Part shown: one piece after another, positions 54,679-63,735 of the stretch
How positions within the stretch are numbered: the first letter of the stretch is position 1
How the letters are laid out: each line of letters begins with the position of its first letter
Assembly: GCF_001194135.2 (NCBI RefSeq)
Contig: NC_068982.1
Span: 31,364,943-31,428,677, forward strand
DNA from: Octopus bimaculoides
Lineage: Eukaryota
Length of the DNA: 63,735 nt
Direction of reading: 5' to 3'
Position numbers and translations under genes: made by a program
Notes under the pieces: model-generated
Databases searched by the model: none
Seen by the model: the letters and a program-made list of their open reading frames with translations, nothing else
What the model was told of the DNA's origin: nothing

Positions 54679-54830
54679 GATTTTTCGAGTCTGGAAGGGT
54701 TGTTTTATCCTCTGGTCTAGGGGAGACAACCCGTCCTCAATAACATTTTTATACTTCAGGCCTTAAATCCCCATATCTGAACGTTTACTCACATTCGCAT
54801 GGTAGAAAGTTTAAATATTTTTGGTTTTCT

Positions 54831-54896
54831 ATAGAGTCTGACGAGCTGTCCACAAGGCTTTGGCTTTTGTAGGTACGAAACCTTTGGTAACTCTAT
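54831..54896 (+). ncRNA. Complete type I hammerhead ribozyme
   Basis: Stem I ATAGAGT/ACTCTAT (7 bp), CTGACGA 54838-54844, G54845-C54876 closing stem II, GAAA 54877-54880, stem III ACC/TTT/GGT, GTA cleavage triplet 54887-54889. Confidence 0.85.
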
Positions 54897-54989
54897 GACT
54901 CAGATAATTTTTTTTGTTTTAATAATTACTGCTCTATTCTTTAGAGTGTGCTTCGTTTCTGATATATATGGTTTTTGACTATCTATAGT

Positions 54990-55071
<82 letters not shown>

Positions 55072-55236
55072 ACACACACACATGCATGTATTTTAATACT
55101 TACACATACATACGTAAACAATCTCTGCAGTTCACTCATACACAGATGATATAGTTATATCTATCGTCTATCTATCTAACTACCTATCTGTGTATCTGTT
55201 TGTCTGTCTATCTTTCTCTCTCCCTCCCTCTCTCTT

Positions 55237-55284
<48 letters not shown>

Positions 55285-56156
55285 CAAGAATAAGGGCAGA
55301 GAATCGTCAATTAATAATAGAATTAATAATTAACAATTTTGCCAAGTAGTTCAGTATGAAAAAAACCTTTATCGGTAAAACTATTTGTCATCATAAATAT
55401 ACAGGGATTAGCNNNNNNNNNNNNNNNNNNNNNNNNNNNNNNNNNNNNNNNNNNNNNNNNNNNNNNNNNNNNNNNNNNNNNNNNNNNNNNNNNNNNNNNN
55501 NNNNNNNNNNNNNNNNNNNNNNNNNNNNNNNNNNNNNNNNNNNNNNNNNNNNNNNNNNNNNNNNNNNNNNNNNNNNNNNNNNNNNNNNNNNNNNNNNNNN
55601 NNNNNNNNNNNNNNNNNNNNNNNNNNNNNNNNNNNNNNNNNNNNNNNNNNNNNNNNNNNNNNNNNNNNNNNNNNNNNNNNNNNNNNNNNNNNNNNNNNNN
55701 NNNNNNNNNNNNNNNNNNNNNNNNNNNNNNNNNNNNNNNNNNNNNNNNNNNNNNNNNNNNNNNNNNNNNNNNNNNNNNNNNNNNNNNNNNNNNNNNNNNN
55801 NNNNNNNNNNNNNNNNNNNNNNNNNNNNNNNNNNNNNNNNNNNNNNNNNNNNNNNNNNNNNNNNNNNNNNNNNNNNNNNNNNNNNNNNNNNNNNNNNNNN
55901 NNNNNNNNNNNNNNNNNNNNNNNNNNNNNNNNNNNNNNNNNNNNNNNNNNNNNNNNNNNNNNNNNNNNNNNNNNNNNNNNNNNNNNNNNNNNNNNNNNNN
56001 NNNNNNNNNNNNNNNNNNNNNNNNNNNNNNNNNNNNNNNNNNNNNNNNNNNNNNNNNNNNNNNNNNNNNNNNNNNNNNNNNNNNNNNNNNNNNNNNNNNN
56101 NNNNNNNNNNNNNNNNNNNNNNNNNNNNNNNNNNNNNNNNNNNNNNNNNNNNNNNN

Positions 56157-56189
<33 letters not shown>

Positions 56190-56318
56190 TGACAGTATAG
56201 ACAGATATATATATATATATATATAAATTTAAAATTAATTATTAATTACAATTGAGGGTACAAATAGTATCAGCTAGACATAAGAGTCGAAAAATACTCA
56301 AATAAACCACCATATCAC

Positions 56319-57112
56319 TGGCGCTGGTCTTTGAACGACCTCGGCAGGCATGAGGAAGCGAGCATATATTTAACCCTTGGTTAACAGTGAGACCTACGGA
56401 TGAGTACTAAGGGAAATATCTCAAAGTTCGAAATCACGTGATATAAGTATATCTGTGGTCTGCATCTGCGACTTTCAACCACAATGTTAAGTTAAATTTT
56501 GCTCGTGCCTCGATTTTCGTCAGCCTATTGTACTTTCAGTGAAATGGTAGCTCATTTGAGTATTTTCAGTCTCTTATTGCTAGCAACGCTGGTACTTCGT
56601 GTACCGTCAATTATAAATATAATTAATCATACATTTAGAAATTTGCCTTTTTGGCTTCAATGCTGCTGGCCACTTAAATTAGTCTTGTTATTATTTATTA
56701 TTAATAATAATATCTTTATTTATAATTATACACTGATAGCGTTTGAATTTGGCGCTGGACTTGCAACGATATTGACAGGCATGACGAAGCGAACATATAT
56801 TTAACATCGAGGCTTTCTGAAGAGAACTAAGGACATGATATAGTTATAATTTGCGACTTTCAACCGTAATAGTAAGTTAAAATTTGCTCGTGCTTCGATT
56901 TTCGTCAGCCTGTTGTATTTTCAGTGAAATGTGGCTTATTTGAGTATTTTTCGACTCTTATTTCCAACAACGCTGTTATTTTGCGCATTGTCAATTATAA
57001 CTGATAATTAATCATAAATATATATACATTTTTCTTTCTGGATCTAATGCTTGCTGTCCACTTATTGCTGTTATTTATTATTATTAATAATAATAATGCC
57101 TTTATATATCTA
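56319..57112 (+). repeat. Diverged two-unit tandem repeat (~430 and ~365 bp)
   Basis: Both units share TGGCGCTGG, CAGGCATGA-GAAGCGA-CATATATTTAAC, TGCGACTTTCAACC and TGCTCGTGC-TCGATTTTCGTCAGCCT. Units start at 56319 and 56750. Confidence 0.9.
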
Positions 57113-57174
57113 TATATTTATACCTATCTACGTACATGTGCATGTCTGCATGTGCGCACGTGTGTGTGTGTCTG

Positions 57175-57239
<65 letters not shown>

Positions 57240-58618
57240 CAGTGTTTTTTTTAACTGAAAAAGCGTCCAAAAGTTCCAATGAAAATAGTGCCGAGAAAAT
57301 ACCTGTATATTGAATGACAGGTAAACCTGTGAAGATTCAGGTTCAGTAATATTATCTAATTGACAGTACACTTAAAGATTTAGTAAAACGTATTATGGAT
57401 TTATATCTGTTTAATTATTTTGATGTTTAATTATTCTGATTTAGAACAGATTGAAACCACAAAGGGTAAAACAAAAGAGCTTTATGTAATTAGTTTAAGT
57501 CTAAAGTATTGGAAGATGCTATGTAATGCGATTAGTGAGGCGTCACTTGACGAATTTGTGAAGATTTATGCCATAGATATGGTTAGCCGTTTACTCGGAA
57601 ACAGTAAGGGAGTAAGGTACTCTATCCCCACCCCCTTTAACATCATGGTCTGACTCATAAGTGCCTTTAAAGTAGTCTACTTTGTATTAGCCATACAAAC
57701 CAGACGAACCCTTTACAGGGTAACTACCGTTCACCACTCATGGGGCGCTTAAAACGGTTTTGGGAGCTTTCAACCTCCTGTGAATACATCATACACAAAT
57801 AGTATTATAAGGCACACAGACATGCACACACAAAAGCGCACACGCGCACAGACACATCTACACCTCCACATGTACGCACATATATAATTTTGGTTCAGTG
57901 ATGTAGATCTTTTCTCTTTTTTAGTCTCATGTTGTTTCTTATATTGAGTGATGTTTTACTTCGAAAATCTTCGCACTTTATTTATTCACAAATTATAGCA
58001 TTATGTTTATAATATACAAGCAACTTTAAGAAGTACAATATTACGTTAATGAATATCTTCAAAATATTTTAAGATTTTTCTCTTTGATATTTTTCGGAAT
58101 ACATTTAATATTAATGAAAATGTATTATGTAGGATTTGTATTTTTATTTCTAAAATAATTATTTGTGCACTCATATATAAACTATTTAAGCATATATGAT
58201 AGCAAATTTATAATTTTATATTATATTGGCTTTACAAGCATAGGATTCAAACGAATATCTCTTTTGCTTCATAAGTTGAAATCTTAACAGTTTGTTAACA
58301 ACCTTCCCTTTTTTACGAGCATTAATTCAATTGGATATATTTTCAAAGGTTGTTGGACACATTTAAATCCATTTAAATATATATANNNNNNNNNNNNNNN
58401 NNNNNNNNNNNNNNNNNNNNNNNNNNNNNNNNNNNNNNNNNNNNNNNNNNNNNNNNNNNNNNNNNNNNNNNNNNNNNNNNNNNNNNNNNNNNNNNNNNNN
58501 NNNNNNNNNNNNNNNNNNNNNNNNNNNNNNNNNNNNNNNNNNNNNNNNNNNNNNNNNNNNNNNNNNNNNNNNNNNNNNNNNNNNNNNNNNNNNNNNNNNN
58601 NNNNNNNNNNNNNNNNNN

Positions 58619-58657
<39 letters not shown>

Positions 58658-59490
58658 TTGTATATATAATAATTAGCTTTTCTGAATTCCTTTACAAATA
58701 CGTTAAACTGTTTGATTTTTATAAATATATTAGCAGTTATGTTGGCCTCGAATACATCAACGTTCAGTTGTAATGAGAATACCCTTAAAAAACAAAACAA
58801 AGAAAAAACAAAAACCCACACAAATAGAAACAAAACATGAACGGGAAAAGGGAGAGTAGAATTTCTTAAAAATACCGTATGCAAATATTAATTTAAGGTG
58901 ACTACTTTTGTTGGCAAAATAACAAGTAAAGCATTTCACGTTCAAAATAATCTCGATATTGGCCTAATATGAATAGGATATATTGGTAACTATAATGGCA
59001 TTAGGAAATAAAATATTCTGTCATTTCAATATTCAGGGAAATATCTATTCAGATTTTAGATATTTATTTATATAAATAATTTAGTTTTCAGATTTCTGTT
59101 GAGGTATATTTCGGGAAAATGTTTATTTACATATTACAGAAAGGTAATGCACTTTATAGTTTGTATAGCTTTAATTTTAACTTCAGAACTTCAGTGCAAG
59201 ATTAGTTTTGGTGGCACATGGCAGATTCCAATTCTATGGCTTCCAGTATATTTTGTGTGTGTAGCTGCAGAATCCATCTTGTATACGACGGTTTTCCGTC
59301 ATTTGAGATGTTAATATTAACTACTCGACGAGCAGTTAACATTAAACGTATATATAAACATTCATTCGTGTAAAATGTCAAAGTGAAGATTTGCAATGAA
59401 GTGAATGAAATTTCTTATTCAATTTCTCCGTAACAGTTTGTGTAAAGTTATGTATAGATACACGCAAACATACACGCACACATACACACG

Positions 59491-59494
<4 letters not shown>

Positions 59495-59577
<83 letters not shown>
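59495..59577. repeat. (TA)n microsatellite
   Basis: Directly visible. Confidence 0.97.
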
Positions 59578-59580
<3 letters not shown>

Positions 59581-59742
59581 TGGTATATTCTGTTAAGTAC
59601 GTAGAGCCGTACAGTATAAAGCTCGTCCATCTCCAGATTTATTACTTGCTCTCCAGTAGTAGTATTATACGTACTTCCATCTTTGGGCATCTGTCGTGTG
59701 TGAACAGATAACTGAAAAAATTGGAGACAACAAGAAGGGATA

Positions 59743-60132
59743 TAGCTGGACATTTATTTTTTAATCACTACAATTGTTTCCACGCAACGTAGTTATACAG
59801 GTGTGCAGGTACTGGATCATGCAACTGTTTTGCTGCATTGTGAGATCTAGTTGTGTTTCATCAGGCGATATGTAAATATTGTCTTCGTAAGTTTAGAATC
59901 CTCGGCTCGTAGAACATCCTTTCTTTCTCTCATGGTCTGAATTTACTAGTAAATTCAGGCCACGACAGACAAAGAGGATGTTTTTGAAGGTGAGGATTTT
60001 AAACTTGCGGTGACTATATTTACATATCACCTGAAGAAACACAACTAGATCTCGTAATGCAGGGAAGCGGTTACATAGCCAAGTACGTTGCGTGCAAGCA
60101 ATTGTAGTGATTATAGAATAAATGTCCAACCG
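59743..60132. mobile_element. Tc1/mariner-type MITE with TA flanks and long imperfect inverted arms
   Basis: CTGGACATTTATTTTTTAATCACTACAATTG vs CAATTGTAGTGATTATAGAATAAATGTCCAAC; inner IR GAGATCTAGTTGTGTTTC-TCAGG-GATATGTAAATA. Confidence 0.82.
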
Positions 60133-60237
60133 TACCCCTTATTTATATATATATATGTGTGTGTGTATATGTGTGTGTGTACACACACATTTGTAAGGAA
60201 AGGCCGATTATGAAATCGAAGTTTCATCAATCAAATA

Positions 60238-60268
<31 letters not shown>

Positions 60269-60953
60269 TTGTGTGTATGTGTGTGTTTGTGTGTGTGTGT
60301 GTGTGTTTGTGTGTGTGTTTGTGTGTGTGTATGTAGATATGTATTTATGTGTGCATACCTATATCACATACAGAAGCTCATATGTACAAGAGCCCAACTA
60401 AGTATGAAATGATAAATAGAAAACTTAGCAATATAGATATAGAGGACTAGAAATTCTTGGAATGGACTACAATGTTTAATCTCCATCAACTTGCTCCAAG
60501 CAAGAAACCTAGGCCATAAGGTCGAAACTTGTTTATATCTTACAGCATGCATGCACAGTTTTAATTCAAGCAATTAAGTGAAAATTTATCTATGTAAAAC
60601 TTTTATTCTAAGTTTACAAATTCTACAGGTTTCCAATTGTAAAGGATTACAAGATTACTATCCCTATCAGAAATTTTTATGGATCATACCTATTGATATG
60701 CAAATAGTCACCCACCATTATCATGCGAGTTGTATATAGTAACAAGTTTGACTTCTAAGATAAAAGAATTCCTATAAGAACTTGCCGAAACACGAACATA
60801 ATAGAAACACTCATGTCTATGTTGAAATTTCGTCATATTAGAGAGATAAATAGTGAATGAATTGAAAAGGATTTTCTTTTCAAATTTCGTCCACTTCTAT
60901 ATTTTTTTATGAAACCGTGTAATCTAAGAATTTAACACTTTTAAATTCTTTGC

Positions 60954-60991
<38 letters not shown>

Positions 60992-61748
60992 NNNNNNNNN
61001 NNNNNNNNNNNNNNNNNNNNNNNNNNNNNNNNNNNNNNNNNNNNNNNNNNNNNNNNNNNNNNNNNNNNNNNNNNNNNNNNNNNNNNNNNNNNNNNNNNNN
61101 NNNNNNNNNNNNNNNNNNNNNNNNNNNNNNNNNNNNNNNNNNNNNNNNNNNNNNNNNNNNNNNNNNNNNNNNNNNNNNNNNNNNNNNNNNNNNNNNNNNN
61201 NNNNATATATATATATATATATATATATAATATTCTTTCGAAAAACATAGTGTAGAAGTGCTCAAGTATAAGAGATACAATAGAAATGGTTCAAATCAGG
61301 CAGACTACGATTAACACATACACATACGGATCTAATTAAGATAAAATAAGGTAAAATAAGAATTGTCTAATCTGAAACATATATTGATATATTAGAAATA
61401 TAAACATATAGAAATATAAAATTATATGAATACTAAAAATATACATGGACGTATAGATATAAAGATAGGCAAGCGTAATAATAATAATAGAATATATATA
61501 AAATTAATGAAATATAGAAAAAAGAACGTTTTTTGAAAAAATCAAAATATTATTTTGAGAAAAGGCACTAAAAAGAGTTTTGGGTAACATGTTAGAGGAA
61601 GAAGGTCTTCCAACAATCGTTTCAGGAGTACATTCGTACATATTACATATGAATCTTAAGATTCATTTCCATAGAATGTTTCCATCATCAGGGGAAAATA
61701 GTGTTTACGCTAGATTTTAATTTAGTCCCTGCCCAGGTATAAGATTAT

Positions 61749-63165
61749 TTGATGCTTTATAGAAGAGCGGATAAACTATGTAAATTATGGACGATTTTTC
61801 TTGTTAGCATCCCTCGATCTCATATTGATATTATCTTGACAGTGAAAAAAACCTTAATTAATTTTAAGGATTATAATTGGATTAGAAGTAACTCGGCGAA
61901 TTGCTTCGATATCTCTATGGGTTCGTCAGATTCAGCCCAGCTGACAAACCTTGTGAGTCTATATCTCCTGCCTCAAATCAAGAAAAGCTTTCCAAACGTT
62001 TCTGGCGGGCTCTATAGGGACAACGCTCTTGGCAAGAAATGGTTTTATCTCAACTGGAGACTGACCGAATTAAGAAGTCATTAAGAAAAGTTCTCTTGAA
62101 TTTCTTTAATATTGTATTTGAGACTGACACAAAAATCGCCAACTTTTTACACATCACACTTAATTTAAACACTAAGTTATATTATCTATACAGGAAACCA
62201 AACCAGACATTACAATATATAAACGTCTCTTCTAATCACACGAAATTAATCCTTGATAGTATTATCACAGCCTTTTCCATTAGAATATCTAATTTATCAG
62301 CAAACGAGATTTTTAATGTACACGCACCAATTTATAATCATGCCCTAAAATTAAGTGGCTTTCATGGCCATATTTTCTACATCCCTGACACCAAACTCAA
62401 AGCCAACTTAGCTAATTTAACACCTCACAGTAATTCTGGTACGATTAAAATGATCCCCGCCTTGAATAATAAACCCATAAGAAAACCTGTTGTTAAGTGT
62501 ATTAAATTTTATAATCGCAATACCAGTAATCGTAATATATATAGTCCCTCTATATCTGAACACTCTGATGGGGTAACACACTATAAATGTAAGAAAAGAC
62601 AAATTATTTGGTTCGCCCCACTATTTTCTCTCAGAGTAAAAAATCTACCAAAACAGTTCTTCAAAATTCTTAAGCTAAATTTCCACAAACACCATAAATA
62701 CTACCCTATATTTGATAAATATTATATAAAATTATCTTACACTACCACGCCTAATTTGGGTTCAATTATCACATCTACAAACAGAAATGAAATTCAACTC
62801 CAAGCAAATAAAAGTGTAGATCACTATAGGATACTCTTTAGAAGTCCAAATAATATTTTTTTTAAATTATAGATATACGTGTGATTGTAGGGCCCCTGAA
62901 TTTCGTCCACTTGCGGGTTTATGTCTACGCAAAAATTCAGTCTATAAATGTTCAGTGACAAACAATAAACATCAAGCTAGGGTATACAAAAATCGATATA
63001 GAATACATGAAAATTCCTTTAATAAGTTAAAACAAATTTCTACGGTGTTAGCCAGGTAATACACAATTTAAAATTACAGAACATTAATTATACACTGTCT
63101 TGGCTGATCATAGAGGCCCCCAACATACTGGCAGATGTCGATTGTGTATAAAAAGAATCAAAGAT
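61749..63165 (+). pseudogene. Penelope-like retroelement remnant, RT C-half plus GIY-YIG
   Basis: SMGS..LVSLYLL..GLYRDN (YRDN 62013-62024, cf. YRDD), YRKPN..YINVSSNH, IIWFAPLFS, IKLSY..PNL, CDCR..PLAGLCL..VYKCSV and GRCRLC; frameshifted. Confidence 0.92.
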
Positions 63166-63699
63166 TATACGTCACATGTTTAATTCCACTGTTTAAGATA
63201 TGTTTTCTGACGCTATTACTTCCTGCAACCATAGATACTATTCAACTTTCATGCGACGCTTTAAATTCGAACCCACTTAGCAATGTTTTCTGTTGCAGAA
63301 CAATATATCGCCAATACAAATATAAATTTTAAGGAAGTCGGTAAACAATCTAATTCTTCTCCCATCAGCCCTCACAAAAACTTCCATAATTTACATAGCT
63401 TTATCCGCTCTTCTATAAAGCATCAAATTATCTTATATTTTCTATTCGATCTTCTATTGATATTCTAACGTATAGGAATTAATCATAACCAATTTTCAAT
63501 TAATTTCTATAGAAGCGATGAAATTTGTATTGTTGAAATTAGTTTTAGTACTGTCGTTACTAATTTCGTCAAGGATTACTTTCTACATAAAAACTTCATG
63601 TGCTACAAGCCAAATTTTCATTTGAAGCAAACTTGATACTGACATGAACAAACATTTTACATTGAGTTATAAAACTTCTAGCACCATTCGCTCTCTCTT

Positions 63700-63735
<36 letters not shown>

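Noticed and set aside
57420-57760. C-terminus of an RLE-type retroelement (SEASL...)
   Set aside because: Resemblance too faint; no diagnostic CCHC or PD-D/ExK motif visible.
59848-60053. CTGATGAAAC/CTGAAGAAAC as hammerhead cores
   Set aside because: No stem II between the core halves; these are part of MITE inverted arms.

Overview
This is repeat-saturated, AT-rich eukaryotic DNA from a gapped short-read scaffold (many N runs, most of the long ones flanked by (TA)n). The SINE families and microsatellite load resemble an octopod cephalopod genome (inference, from recall only). I cannot support any host protein-coding exon, and almost all listed ORFs are microsatellite or N-gap artefacts. The window holds three tRNA-derived SINE families and several decayed Tc1/mariner-type transposons (two mariner-like, one DD37D/maT-like, one Tigger/pogo-like). 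It also holds MITEs/foldbacks and remnants of RTE, CR1/L2-like, R4/Dong and Penelope-like (PLE) retroelements. The most interesting signal is a recurring hammerhead-ribozyme (HHR) theme. One complete type I hammerhead (54831-54896) sits behind an RT-less ORF that joins a low-complexity N-terminus to a GIY-YIG endonuclease. HHR-like cores also occur in a tRNA-headed SINE-like element, a head-to-head foldback, a ~400-bp tandem repeat and a permuted repeat family. A separate highlight is a 603-bp MITE with an 8-bp TSD, perfect TIRs and a central (TAACCC)n/(GGGTTA)n inverted telomeric array. All calls are manual reading; no searches were run.
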